DNA from: Chiloscyllium plagiosum | Taxonomy: Eukaryota | Length of the DNA: 64,000 nucleotides | Direction: 5' to 3' | Assembly (NCBI RefSeq): GCF_004010195.1 | Contig: NC_057745.1 | Location: 1,384,640 to 1,448,639, forward strand | Part shown: positions 13,080 through 27,150 of the stretch, in pieces | Layout of the letters: each line of letters starts with the position of its first letter | Numbering within the stretch: position 1 is the stretch's first letter | Notes under the pieces: model-generated | Told to the model about the DNA's origin: nothing | Database searches by the model: none | The model's input: only the letters and a program-made list of their open reading frames with translations | Program-made: the position numbers and the translations under genes

Positions 13080-15345
13080 GAACATATTGTCAACATCATC
13101 AATGAAGGGGGCTAAGAAGACAAAAGCAGGACCCTTTGAACTACAAGACATTGCCATTGCTGTTGAAATTTGCATTTTTGTACCTCGTCTTGCTTTTCTT
13201 GTCTTGGGCGCCCACAATTAACTAAGGGGTTGCAGAGAGTGAACTCAGTCTTGAAGTTTTAGGTGGGTCTGAACAGGAGAGGATAATGCAGGGTTTTTTA
13301 AAAACAAAAAAGGAAACTGTATATGCAGTCAAAAATCCAAAACGCAGATTTAGATAGCACATATATAGTATGCAGTAGCTGTTCACTTGTCCCAGTTGGT
13401 GTGCTCCTGAAGACTGCTGGATAACAAGTATGAAATGCTGTGGTCTGTTGCAATACATGTTAATGAGACTTTCTGACTGTATCAGCTATAAATGGTTGGC
13501 GCTTTTCTTTGTGACACAAAAATCAACACTTTGTAAAAGTACTTCTGTTTCTGCCACCAGCATTTTGTTTAACCTGTATTGTCACAGGTTTACATAAGAG
13601 GAGAAAGTTGACTCTATTTTCCCTCTGTGTGGTGCTTTTTAAAGTAGGTCTGCACCTGCTTTTTAAAATGTAGATCTCATTTCAACAGGGATGGCCAGTA
13701 TATTAAATACAAAAACAAATTTATGGTTCAGGTTTTAAGCTTTTATGTTTTTCCTAGTATATAAAATAAATCTGAGTCATAAAAGCATTCCTTTTAACAA
13801 TAATGTATTGCAGATCCTTTATCACCGCCCTCTAAAACAAAAGAGAGAATCTTTTCTAAATTGATCCATCACCTTCCTACTTTGTCTGCCTGTGAAGTAA
13901 TGTATATTTGTTAAAATAAAGAATCTATAGATTAGTCAAAATTAAATTGGAGGCATAACATACAAGTTTATTTATATTGAAGAACAGGAGCATTCACCAA
14001 CAGCAGCTATAACCTTTTAAGGTGTGGGCACAAAGAACAGGAGAGACTGATACTGAAGTACTAAGTATAGAAATCAAATTTTAGTCTCTTTGAAATTCAT
14101 AAACTGCACAATCTCTGCCTGACTGTAACTTATCCTTCAGTTTTTTGTGGAGCTGTTAGTGGAATTAGGGGGTGAGAGGATCTAAATGGGGAAGAAATTA
14201 CAACTAAATCAAATAGGCTCAGGATCCTCTCAATCTCTGGTCTACTGTCACAATTCAACATCTGAACCACTTTTCAAAATGCTTCAAAGAAGCATGTTGG
14301 TAGCAAGATCAGTGGTGGCAGGCACATCGGGAGCATAACAATGTGTTAACCAAACATGTGGGTCTGTTGTGGCTGTTGTTCCTTCTCCCTGTTTCTCCAA
14401 ATCCCCCCTCCCCAACTTTGTCCAACAACGTACAATCCAAAAAAGAGGGTACTGGTTGTGGGTCGTAGGTGTCTGGCCCCTGTAAAAATGTTTTGCCCTA
14501 TTTGCTGGTCCATTTGCTGGCTTACTTTTTCCACAGAATCGTTTTCTCGCAGGAACATAGCATGAATTGCCTCTAGACTGCATCGATATGCCACAAGCAT
14601 CACCATGGATGATTCATTTCCTTACAGGAGTTGGAGAAAGCGGCACTTTTTTGTGGAGAGAAGCTAGATGCATTTTCTTTGGTTTAAAATTCTAGAAGAT
14701 TGTTCAGGACGAGGTATGTGGTCGCAAAGAAAAGGTGAGCAGCACATGAATGAGGAGGATGCCAGTTAAATCTTTTTATGTATATTACCAGTTTACCTGT
14801 ACAAAACCTTCTTGTACAAAACTACATGCAGCTTCATTTAAAAATATCCTTAAAATAAGGAAAAATCTTTTTAAAGAAAGCGGTTTAATTTTTGTATTTT
14901 TGATTTTACAAAAGGCATGAGTTATGTCTACTTTTTCAGTGTATTAATGAAGATTTTAACTTTTCATCAGGTTGAGCGTTTTTCTTACTATTATCTATTG
15001 TGTATGTAGTTAGCACATTGTGACACTGAAATGTTAAAATCTAGCATGTAGAACTAAGCCTGTTTTTGTCGGGAGGAAGAAAACCCTTTTATCCTTCATT
15101 AAAATATTTTAATCATGGCAGGTTTTTCTGCAGAAAATAATTTGAAAAGCGTTTGCATTTCAGAGAAATACTGATTTTGTATTTAAAGAAAGGTATTTTG
15201 CTTGCAGGAATCTATTTACTACAGATTCACTTTAATGATAACCTTTGAGATGTATTTAAATACCTTTAGGGCATCTGGGCATCTTTCTTTATGCTGTTTG
15301 TCATTTTGTCTTTATTGAAATAAAAATGTACAGAACATTACTTTT
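13080..15345 (+). other. CTDSPL2: Putative long CTDSPL2 3'UTR with candidate poly(A) signals
   Basis: About 2.2 kb, AT-rich, no repeats I recognise; AATAAA at ~13765, ~13915 and 15319-15324. The end point is inferred. Confidence 0.55.
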
Positions 15346-17679
15346 ACAAATGTTACAAACGTTTTGAAGTTTTACAAACTTGCACCAGAGTAACCCAAAC
15401 ATGATTCCATGACCTCTGCTCGGTCCTTTTATCCCTGTCTCTTGCTCTTGCTCTGCTTTAAATAATCTAATGTTACTTCAAAAGCTGCAATGGTTTCTGC
15501 CTCAACTACTCCTTATGACAAAACATTTCACGCTCTAATTTTGTGTTTTGCCTTGAATGCATTATGCAGGCAGCAAATAGATGAAATTTAATTTGGATTT
15601 TCTTCTTTAGAGTTAGGGCAAAAAGTCAACATGAGTTAATAACTTACCTCTTTTTTTGGGCGGGGGATGGTATTGGAGAGAAACAATAGGAAATTTATAT
15701 CCTCTTTACTCCCCTCACTTTGCCTTATAGGAAATTCTGCTATTTAGTTGTGTGGTGGTCATTCTGAATGCATCTGGACTCCATTATAAAGACTGCTTCT
15801 TTTGTGGTGAAGCATGCTTTACATAAGTGTAAGAAATAGCAGTAGTAGGCCATTTGGCCTCCTGAGCCTGCTCTGCCCTTCAGTAAGATCACGGCTGATC
15901 TGATTGTGGCCTTATCTCCACTTACCTGCCTGCCCCCACAACTCTCTTGTTGATCATAAATCTTTATTCAATGTGTAGCTGAACTAGATAGATTGGGACT
16001 TAGAGAGATTAAACTATTGGATTTCTATTTTACATCATTTTAGCTGATCTTAGCTGTGGTGATGCTGCACGTGGCCTCAGTTTTGTTTTATCATCCAGTC
16101 ATCAAGGGAGCGGTCATAATCACTCAAAATTCTCTATTATGCATAACATAGACTGGAATTGAATGTGTGAATATTTGGGTGCCCTAGTTTGTTCAACTAT
16201 TGCCAAGGCTCCACCAGGAAAAAAGAGGCATCAGACAGAAGTTGAACTTGTGTTCATCCTTGTGTTGGATGTTTGTTAGAATATTTCTAAAACCTGACCT
16301 TTACTTGGTTTATATTTGAGTTGGTTTATGTTTAAGTCATTGAGGATTTAGTGCAGGCTTCATGTAAAAGCACCATGACCATCATTTTCATGCTTGGAGC
16401 TGGTTAAAGGAAGTGTGTTTGCTGCTTTGTTAGTTTTTGAATACTGATCACAGGCCAGTGTACAAAGTGAAACACTTTATCATAGAAATTTGACTTAGTC
16501 TGTTGAAGTTGAAGACTAATTATGTCTGGAATTGAATTATCAGGGATGACCAATGTATTTATTCTTCTACCAAACTCATCTAAAATAAAATATTTATGTT
16601 TCTTCAACTAAATCCATGCTATGGATGGTTAATACAAATTTCCAAGGATTTCCCCTGCTCTTCAGAAACTCTTCAATTGTTGTTGCATTCTCTTCCAAGC
16701 TGTTAGAAAGTTTGTACACTTAAGAGGGAATGACCTAATTCCTCAGAGATTTTGGTGATTAGTCAGTGATCAGAATATTTACCCAGAATAAGCAGTCATT
16801 TATTCAGCTAGCAGCGGAGTGGGGTGCCTTGAATTAGAAAGAGGAAAATTGTTTTGGCTTTCAGCTCTAATAGCAAGTAATACTTGTCTGGTGACAGTAA
16901 GATAGGCTTTGGTGGTTCTGGCCATAGCTGGATGACCTGCAGGCTCTCCTTAATATTTAATGAGGCAGTGTCCTATTGAATGTAGTTCATCAGAGTTAAC
17001 ATCTTGAGGGATGGTGAGAAAAATGTCAGTGAGGCTAAAAGAAGTTCCCTCGTCAAAACCTTCAGATTATGCTTTCTATCTTTGTCACTCTAGGATTAGT
17101 GAGAATGTTTAAGAATCTTTACCTTTTATTTGCTTATTCTGATGCTTTGCTTTAGCTACTTTTAAGAATTATTTACTGCTCCATTTCTTCAATCCATCTT
17201 TATAATTTAGCATCTAATTAATTTTAAAACCCTTTAGCTTTCCACACCATTTACGTCTTGCTAGGATCTCCAGACTTCTTTTGTGCCATTAGTATACTTT
17301 ATGCTGGTTATTCCTAGTGGAATATTTGGCAGTAATTTGAGAATGTAAAACTGACGAGGTTGAATATAAAATCTGGATTTAAGAAAAATAACTCAATTTC
17401 ATCCTTTCAAGAAATTGTACTTTGCATCGATGTGGATTCTGCAATTTTACCCAACAAGGGGTGAATAACCATAGGCAAACCTGAGCTTTACGAACAATGC
17501 TGTCTCCAAGGAGTAATGGATAAAGTCCATGATAAACAATGTTTGCTTTTGTTACTATTGGAAAGTATATACAATCAATAAATTTTTTTTTTATGAAATA
17601 CTCCTTTTTCTCTCACTGTGCCTTTATTCTCGTTGCCTTCCCCATTTTGGTATTTTGTTAACCTCTGATTTGAAGAGCC

Positions 17680-18055
17680 TTTGCTCAGTGGGTAGTTAAA
17701 TCACCTCTAAGTCAGAAGTTTCTGTGTTCAAGTCCCAGTGAAGAATTTTGAGCACTATATCTAGGCTAACACTTGCAATGAAAATACAGGGAAGCATTAC
17801 TCCCGTGTTAGAGTGCTGCTGTCTTTTGGATGGGATCTTAAACCACAGCTTATCCCATCAACTCAAATGAGTTCATGATTCTTCAGCAAAAGCACTAAAC
17901 AGATAACTTCATTATCAAGTCATTGCAATTTGTGTGTGTCCTTGCAGTGCACAAGTTAACTCTTGTACAGTATTTCCTGGATAACAACAGTGACTACATT
18001 TGCAGAAAAAAGTGACATCCTGATATTGTTAAATACTCTCTAAAAATGCAAGTTT
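17680..18055 (+). mobile_element. Old tRNA-derived SINE, DeuSINE/SacSINE1-like; related relics at ~20458-20875(+), ~24370-24570(-), ~25230-25490(-), ~29355-29690(+), ~50720-50960(+), ~54720-54930(-), ~58520-58700(-)
   Basis: GCTCAGTGGGTAG...GTTCAAGTCCCA head, then CTAGGCTAACACT...GTCTTTTGGATG...TTAAACC and a CAACAGTGACTACA tail shared among copies. Confidence 0.55.
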
Positions 18056-18129
18056 TTTTTTACTTTCAGTTCATGATATTTAGAGGAGCTAGGAAGATTA
18101 AGTACAATTAAAAGCTTCGAATAAGTAAT

Positions 18130-18945
18130 ATTTTTAATCACTCGGAATCTGAGCATCAATGGTTGGGCCAGCATTTATTGCCCATCCCTAATTGCCTCTA
18201 AAAGGTGATGGTAAGTTGCTGTCTTGACCTGATGCAGTCCATATGCCATAGATAGAGCCTCAATCCCTTAAGGGAAGGGGTTCTAAGAATTTGACCCTGC
18301 AACAGTACCTGAGGAGCTCTGGTGGACTTTTGCAATGCATCTTGTAGATGGTCTACACAACTGCTGCTGAGTGTCAATGGTGAAGGGAGTGGATGTGCTG
18401 CCAATCAAGTGGGCTGTTTTGTCCTGGATGGTGTCAAGCTGCTTGAGTATTGTTGGAACTGCACTCATCCAGGCAATGGAGATTATTCCATCACACTCCT
18501 GACCTGTGTCTTGTAGATGGTGGACAGGCTCTGAGAAGTCAGGAGGTGAGTTGCTTGCATTATTCATAACTTCTGCTGTTATAGCCACTGTATTGTTATG
18601 GCTCATCCAGTTCAGTGTCTGGTCAATAGTAACCTCCTTGATGCTAATATCAGGCGAATCAGTGATGTAATGCAGTTGAAGGTCAAGGGGCTATGGATAG
18701 ATTTGTTTGCTATTGGAGATTATCATTACCTGGCACATGTCTGCCGTGAATGTTATTTGACACTTGTCAGTTCAAGCCTGGATGTTGTTCAGTCTTTCTG
18801 CATTTGGCCATTCACTACTTCAGTCCTGAGGAGTCACAAGGGATGCTGAACATTATGCAATCATTATAGAATATTCCTACTTCTGACCCTGCAATGGAGG
18901 GTTAGTTATTGAAGCAGCTGAAAATGTTTGGACCAAGCACACTAT
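18130..18945 (-). mobile_element. Family B LINE 3' fragment (another at ~25505-26290, - strand)
   Basis: Reverse complement of the 3' end seen at ~8800-9900 (GCCAGCATTTATTGCCCATCCCTAATTG). Confidence 0.7.
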
Positions 18946-21900
18946 AGTGTGGAACTCAAATCTTATGTGGTTTGCTATTGGGATTTTGGTAACTCTGTTT
19001 TTCTGTTCACTTGTGTTCCTTCATCCAAAGATGTGCAGGTTAGGTGGAATGATCTTAGTTAGTTGTCCGTACTGTCCAAGGATGTGCAGGCTAGGTGAGT
19101 TAGCCATGGGAAATGAGGGGTCATGGGGATAATGTCGGTGGTTGGGTTTGAGTCTGCATGAGATGCTCTTCAGAGGGTTGATGCGGACTTGATGGGCCAA
19201 ATGGTTTCTGTCCGCACTGTAGGGAATCTCTGAAGATGTTGCACCATGATTTGTCCATGTCACAAATACTATAGTTGTATTGTCACAAGAAAAGCCGTTG
19301 TAATGTAAAAGTCCATGAGATCTACCAAACCTGTCTGAAAGTATTATTGGTGATGATGTTACTTTTCTTGTTGTCCAGCATTTGAGAGATGTACTGTTAG
19401 ATCTGCAAAGGCAGCTTGTAAACACGTTCTCAGCTCTTCACAAAAGTTATCACAGTGAAGAATACTGACTCCTATGTGTCGCGCAAAATCTTAATTCTTT
19501 GTTAATGCTTTACTTTTTCTCAATGTATCCTAAAGGTTAATGTTAAGGAATACAGCTGGTCAAATAAAATCTTGTTAATGGGAACATCCTGGCTGTGATC
19601 CCATTCTCAGCTGTTTTCTATGGAAATGCGAGTATGAGTTTTGTTTTCAATTGTTTTTTTTGTCTCTTTCCTCTCTCCCTTGGTATCTAACTGCTATCCA
19701 TCTGAGATCAAGTCACTGAGCAGAAAACTTCAATCAAACCTGGGATCTTGATTACCTCCACTGATTACTGCCTCTATTTCCTGAACTTTTATCCTCAATG
19801 ACTGCTGTATAGAAATGTTTTAAATCTCAAAAGCAACGCATTATATGAGAGGTGTGATTGCATTGGAAACGGTGTGAGGGAGATTTATCAAAATGTTGCC
19901 TTGACTGGAGAGTTTGTTATGAAGAATGTTTGGATAGACTGTGGTTGTTTTCTTTGGAGCATTGGAGGTTGAAGGGGAACATGACTGAGCAGTATCAAAT
20001 TATGAGTGACATGATAGGATTCCTTCCTGTCTACCCTTTCTGTTGGTGATGAAAACAAAAAAAATGTTGGAAATCACAGAAGGTCAGGCAGCATCTGTGG
20101 AGAGACAGCAAGCTAACATTTCAAGACTAGATGACTCTTCATCAAAGCTCTAATTAAGAGTCATCCAGACTCATAACATTAGCTTACTCTGCCTCCACAG
20201 GTGCTGCCTGACTTGCTGTGATGTCCAGTTTTCTTTGTTTTCAGCACAGATACCAGCATCTGTAGTAATTTGCTCCTTTCTGGTGGTGGTGGTGGGATCA
20301 GTGACAAGGGAGCATAGATTTAAGGTAAGGGGTAGCATAACCATCCTCTGAAGCTTGTGCATGGAGTCCAGGGAGCAATATTAGAATCCAGCATACTGCA
20401 CCTCCAACTTTCTCTCATTCAATAAATCTTGCGTGTACAGTTCCATATACATGGTCAGCCATAGCTCGGTTAGTAGCTCCCTGACCTCTAAAGTTTGTGA
20501 TTCAAATTCCATTCTGGAAATTTGAGGAAGCCTAGGATAACCATCCCAACAGATCATTGAAGGATCGCTACATGGTTAGAGGTGCAGTTATTTACATGAA
20601 ATATTAAATTGAGATTTCTTCTGCCTTCTCAGGCAGCCACACACATTAAAGCCCTGTTAGAAGAGGAGTAAGGGAAGCCCCTGTGGTCACCTCGCCAAAG
20701 TGTTTACCTCAATCAACGTCACTAAGAACTATTATCTGATTATTAATAGGAATTTTTTGGGTGCACATCTACTGCCCTATTTTCTATCTTTCAAACAGTG
20801 ACTACAAAAGTATTTCATTTGTTGTAAGGTGCTTTTGTCCTGGCCCTAGTGAAAGGTGCTGGAAATAATGGCCATTCATTTTCATGTCCTCGTTGACAAA
20901 TCAGTTCACATCTGCTCACTTAACAATTTTCACCTTCTGTCAGAGGATTCCATTTGGTCAGAAAATTCCTGGACAAGCAGGAGCATCACCAGTTAGCAGT
21001 CTGGAATAAAAGTCCTGGTTAAGTCTCCTCCAGTACAGTTGCTGCAGTGTTAGGTTTGTGTCATGCCCTCAGCCAGGCCTGGGGGTTTGTTACCTCTGAG
21101 AGGCTTGTTCCAGGTTGTGACTGCCCTACTTGAGACACCTAACAGCTCACTGATAGGGTATGGAAAGTTACAACAAAAATTCTTTTTTTTCCCAAAAGCA
21201 TCACTTTAATAACCCAATTTCTCAACTCTCCTTCCAGCTCATTGAATTACGCGTCAAATATAAGAAATCATTGTTTAATGTTTTAAGCAGTGCCTCTGTC
21301 TCTTCTGTCTTGTCGTCTGACAGCTTGCTTTCAGAGAGCTCTGGGCAATTAAGATAAATGAAGGTCTGGGTCATTCAAATTTTTAATCATTTTGTCATAA
21401 TTCACAGAATGTTAAGATACTAGAAGATACAAATGACAACTCAGTGGATGAACATATTTCTCTTGAATTTTTGTTGCTTAAACTTACTTAGATCATGGCA
21501 ATTTTAGATGCTCGGAGAAAAATGATTTCTCTTCTAAAGAAAATAATTTGTGCAATTTTTATGGGAAAGTTTATTCAGTACCAGCTGGTGAAGGTCATAG
21601 CAGGTCAGTGTTAACACTTAAAATTGTAATTTGCATCAGAAATGTTTTTACAGTGATTATCAATGTACACTATAAGCAAGATTTGTAGTAATTTATACTA
21701 TTGAGTCAGTTTAATTTCCAAAGTTATTTACAGTAAAATGCTTATCTTGTGAAACAGATAGAAATACAGAATTGAAGTAGGCTATTGTGTCCTTTCCTCC
21801 CCATTAAATGTGGAGGTGGAAAGGCACAGCATATTAGGCAGCATTGGAGACACAGGACGGTCAACGTTTTGGGTCAGGACCCTTCACCCTTTCTGAGTGA

Positions 21901-22773
21901 CTGAAGTATCTATTCGAAATATTGCGTTTCTCTTTTTCCTAGTTCCTGTACATTTTCTCCTTTTTTAAATAATTATATAACTCTTTTTGAATGTTACTAT
22001 TAAAGCTGCTTCCTCCAGCCTTTTGGGTATTGCATTTCAGATCACAACTCAATGGGTTAAAAAAGGGTTCTTGGTGTCACCTCTATTTCTTTTGCTAAAC
22101 ACACAAAAATCTCTGTCCTTTGGTCCTTCTAATTGAAACAGATTTTCCTTAACTTTATCAAAACCATTCATTATTTTTAAAACCTCTGAAATATCCTCTT
22201 AATCATCTTGATCTAAGGAGAACAATGTCAACTGCTCCTGTATCTCGCATAACTGAAGCCCCTCACCCATAATATGACAGTAAATCTCTGCTCCCTCTTG
22301 AAGACTTGGACGTACTTCTTAAAATGCCTCCAGCTTAGCTTAACCTGTTTATTTTAAACAAAGGTTCAGTGCAATGCCCTTGCTTTAATACTCTATTCCT
22401 TTATTAATAAACCCATGGAAATACAACGTCCCAATTTGGACCTTGTTCTAATGAAACTTTGTTCTCACCCCGTGTCTCCACATCTCAAAGGAAAGTGTGC
22501 ATTCATCATAATACTCTAGATGTGATTCAGCCAGTGCTCAATGGAAAGAGCTTGACCTGTTATGTCCAGTGACATTCCTGTAAATGTTTGTTACTTCCCT
22601 CTGCCACCCCAGACCATTTCCCTCCAGCATTTTCACTTGTTGCCCACAGCCTAATGGTGCTTAAGAAAGCCAGTAGAATACATAAGCGATATAAAATACA
22701 GCCATCTATGCATTTATACTTAAGTTCACACAGACAATGAATGACATTTAAATGAGAATTAAGTAGAGCCTTT

Positions 22774-23757
22774 GAATGGGAGATAGCAGATTCGGGACAT
22801 CTGCAGAGTATTTATTAAGATATTATGTCTTAATCATCCCTCAAAACACTATAGGTAATTATTGCATGCTTCATGTTGCTTCTCATTTAGACTGCACTGC
22901 ACCTTTTAATACAAGAGTGGGACATTTTGGCTCGTACATGATGTTTGGCTCCTTTTATGTTTTAATCATCTTGCAAACTGACTGGGTTACAGATTAATGT
23001 GATATCCTTCCCATTAGCCTGGAAGAGAGACTATTGAGAATGGGGTCAGAAGCAAGTCCATGTATTATTCACATGTCGCGTTTTGTAACTGCCTTGCCCA
23101 TTCAAAGCATCTTTACAGCTCAGTCCTGGGTTTAATTAGCGAAGGTTAGAATTACACCATGTCTAAAATTACTTTGATGTCAAGTCATTAATTGTTTCTT
23201 TTTCCAATTTCCACTTTACATCTATGTTAAATGGGGTGAGCTTGTTTTTCCACCTTCTGGAGGACTTGATCCTTAATCTTGGATCACATGTTGACAGAAA
23301 TAATTTTTGGACAATGGTGCCGTGCCCAATGAATGGGTTTGAGATTGTGAATGGAAATAGATGGTGGAAGCAAAAGGGGACAGTCTGTACCAGACTAGCT
23401 CAGCATCCACATGGTAATCTGGACCAAATCCAGAGTAACTTTAATCTGAACCATCTTCTGTGGAATATTCGTCAGTTTCGCTCTGAATTTCTGAAGCACA
23501 CTGAACTATTGGGTGAGTTTTGCTTTAAGCTGACCAAATTAAAAGGTTTTAAGGAAGAAATAAACATAGTAGTTCTTGTAGTTCTTCCTGGGTAATTAGA
23601 GTAATAAAGTACAATTTTGAATTGTTTGAGCTAATTTTCCCACGTCTTTTATTCATATAAAAATCTCAGAATGGGAGATAACAGATTCGGGACATCTGCA
23701 AAGAGTATTTATTAGGATATTATGTCTTAATCATCCTTCAAAACACTACAGGTAATT
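22774..23757 (+). repeat. Local direct repeat, ~88 bp x2 (22774-22860 and 23669-23757)
   Basis: GAATGGGAGATA.CAGATTCGGGACATCTGCA...TCAAAACACTA.AGGTAATT; 4 substitutions plus a 2-nt indel between copies. Confidence 0.9.
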
Positions 23758-25184
23758 TGAAGGAGGTAGTTTTTCCAGTAGTCTGAATCTCCTCAGTCCT
23801 GATCTGCCCAGATTCACCAGAATGGCATTATATCTTAAAAGGTTTATATTATGAGGGCAGGTTATGTAGATTAGATTTGTATATCATTGAGTTTGGAATG
23901 TCTAATCCGATCTAATTGAAATGTCTTAAAGTGATAAAGGAATATGATAGTTTTAAATGCAGCACAAAAACCAAAAGGTGAGGTGTTTGCAAACAAAGTT
24001 TTGCAGGTGAAAGGATAGGCTAATACAGCGGTTAGTGAATAATGTGAGATCTTGGACTGAGGAACAAAAGCATAAACTGAAAAGTTAGGAAATTGTGCTA
24101 AACCTTTATTAGAGTAAGTCAGCTGCAGCTAGAATAGTGTATGCAATTCTGGGTGCTGCTCTGTGGGATGGACTTGAGAGAGGAAACAAAAGAGATTTAA
24201 TCTAGCCCAGAACATTGTCATTTCTGCCACTCTGCAAAAGTTATGTTAATGCATGTATGAAGTTTGTGTATTTATGCACTGATCACTTATCAGGAATGTG
24301 TCACCACTTATCCTGCGCATGTTCTTGATGAATTATCATGCCTTGCAACATCATTGTGAGTTGTGACTGTCCCCTACAAATGACAGCAAGAAATAAGATT
24401 TTCATTTATCACCCTGGGGCTTATCAAAATGCTTTACAGTCAGTGAAGTCCTTTTGACATGCAGTCTCTATTATAATGTAGGAAATATAGAGATATTGTG
24501 AATATGGCACCAAAGAGACCTCTCCTGCTATGCTTCGAAATATTGCCATTTGCAGCTTGCATCCACCTGGCGGGGGTCCATGTGGTACAGCAGGTTTTTG
24601 TTTTGAACTAGCAAAACAGGTATGCAGTTGATTTATAAAGGAATAGAAATGTAGTTTTTCAATTTTCTCATCTGAAGCTATGACTTGGACTGAGATTTTT
24701 ATCTCTGAACCCGTTCTTTGTGTTTGTCTGGACTGAAAGTGGCTGTTCGCCTCTGTAGTCCATCATGACTGAATCTGATCCACTTACCATTCAGACACTG
24801 GGTACCATACTCTGCTGGGAGTCACTGTACAGTGATGAAAAGTGGGGATGTTGCCCTTATTAACTCCCTGCAAGGTTGAAGTTATCACTGTGGCTGATTA
24901 CCACTTCTTTGCATAACTTTGCATAGAATAGGGATCAAACTGCAGCCTCCTGTCCTGTGTAGCTCAATTCTGTTAAATACAGAGATTTATGAAAATGTCA
25001 TCCAAATGATGGCTGTAGATTTAGGTGCGCTTTGTGGCTGTTTATTAATAAATTTGAAAGCATACCGAATGATTGTATCTTGTCTTATCAACCTCATAAA
25101 TGTATTCATTAAATCACCTTTCTACAGCTGCAGCAACAGGCGACCCAAGTTACAAGTTGAAGAGCTATGGGAGTAATTAATAAA

Positions 25185-25224
25185 ATGATGAAGGCAATCA
25201 TTCTTGCTCTCCTCATATTAACAG
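25185..25224 (+). CDS. STRC: Stereocilin-family gene exon 1 (signal peptide)
   Basis: ATG...ACAG|gtaatg; MMKAIILALLILT+G, phase 1; splices in frame to 27647 giving the signal peptide MMKAIILALLILTVSSG. Confidence 0.75.
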
Positions 25225-25717
25225 GTAATGAAAGATAGACTTGCATTACAACCTCAGGACATCCCAAATAACTTTACAACCAATCAAGTGTTTTTGAAAT
25301 ATAGCCACTGTTGTAATGTAAGAAATTCACCAATTGATTTAAGCACAGCAAGCTCCTGCAAAACAACATGAAAATGATCAGGTCTATTTAATGTTGATTG
25401 AAGATTAAATGTTGACCCAGAATGCTCCTCTTCAAAATAGTGTCACAGAATATTTTATATCCATCTGAGAGAGCAGATTGGCATCACTTTAACATTTTTC
25501 ATCTGTTCATGGTATTTAGTTGTCACTCACTAGGCCAGTATTTATTACCTATCCCTAATTGTTGTGGGAAGGTGGTGCTGAGCTGCTTTCTTGAACTGCT
25601 ATCGTCCTTTGAGTGTTAAGGAGACACAATGATGGTCAGAAGGGAGTTCCAGAATTTTGACCCAGTGACAATGAAAGAAAGACAATATAATTCAAAGTCA
25701 AAAGAGTGTGTGACAGG

Positions 25718-25927
25718 ATTGAAGTGGTGCTGGAAAAGGCAGCATTCGATGAGCAGGAAAATCAACGTTTTAGGCAGGAGCCTTTCATCCGCCCTTCCTG
25801 ATGAAGGGCTCCTGCCTGAAATGTAGATTTTTCCTGCTCCTCAGATGCTGCCTGACTTGCTGTGCTTTTCCAGCACCACTAATCTTGACTCTAATCTCCA
25901 GCATCTGCAGTCCTCACTTTTGCCTAT
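25718..25927. mobile_element. Palindromic Penelope pLTR relic, 13-bp TSD
   Basis: Inverted arms around CCTGATGAAGGGCTCCTGCCTGAAA; TSD AGTGTGTGACAGG at 25705-25717 and 25928-25940. Confidence 0.75.
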
Positions 25928-26848
25928 AGTGTGTGACAGGTCTTGCTGTTCCCATGTATCTGCTACCCCTTACTTTCTAAGTGATAGATGATGTGGCCTT
26001 GGAAAGTACTATATGTGGCCAGTCAAGTCCAGTTTCTGCTAAATGATAACCCCTAGGTTATTGATAGTGACAGACTCAATTATGGTAATATCTTTAAATG
26101 TCTTGGGCTGATGGTTAGATCCTTTTTTGTTGGGGATGGTCACTACCTGGCACTGTCGCTTGCCACTTATCAGCCCAAACCTGAATATTGTCCCGGCCTT
26201 GCTGCATTTGGTTGGTGTTGAACATAGTGCAGTTGTCAGCAAATATCCCAACTTCTTGATGGAAGAAAGTCATTGATGAAGTAGCTTTAGGTGGTGACCC
26301 TTGAACGTCTTAGCTAAAAGACAATACTCCTGACGATATCGTGCTGTCTCAATACTGGAGTGGGAATGTCAGTCTAGGTTTTATGCACAAGTCTCTTATA
26401 ATCTTTGCATTTCATTTGTCACCACTGGTGACTTTCAAGTTTTATATGTGATAACTGAAACTTTTCATAAGATGCTGAGCCACGTGGAGCAGCTTTAAGT
26501 CCTGACTTGTAACGTTACCTGGACTTGGTTCCACCTCAGTGCTTTGAACCAGAGGGGAGGACATTAGCTAGGGCTCCTTACTGGGATTATTAATTGAAGG
26601 AGGTCACTGAATAGGCTATTCATTTAATGCGCATGGGGCTGGAATGACACACCTCTTCCCAATCTTTGACACTCTGCAGGGACCTGCTATTGAGACTTCT
26701 ACATGGGAATCAAGCACTTTAGCAAGATATCTGAAAGATGCCATCCACCTTCACCAGAGGAGGGGAGGAAATTCCAAAGTTAATGACAAAACATTTATTC
26801 GAACGGAAAAGCCATTGTTACACTGCGACAGAAGTTAATAGGAAGATA

Positions 26849-27150
26849 GGAACACGGTGGCTCAGTGGTTAGCACTGCTGTCTCAAAGCACCAGGGTCCC
26901 AGGTTCAATCCCCAGCCTCTGGCAACTGTCTGTGCGGAATTTGCACATTCTCCCCGTGTCTGCGTAGGTTTCCTCCGAGTGCTCCGGTTTCTTCCCACAG
27001 TCCAAAGATGTGCAGGTTAGATGAATTGACCGTGCTAAATTGCCCATAGTGCTCGGTGCATTGGTCAGAGGAGAATGGGTCTGGGTGGGTTACTCTTCGG
27101 AGGGTCATTCTGGACTGGTTGGGCTGAAGGGCCTGTTTCTGCACTGTAGG
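26849..27150 (+). mobile_element. HE1-type SINE
   Basis: GGTGGCTCAGTGGTTAGCACTGCTG...GGTTCAATCCC head, central domain, GAAGGGCCTGTTTC tail. Confidence 0.88.
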
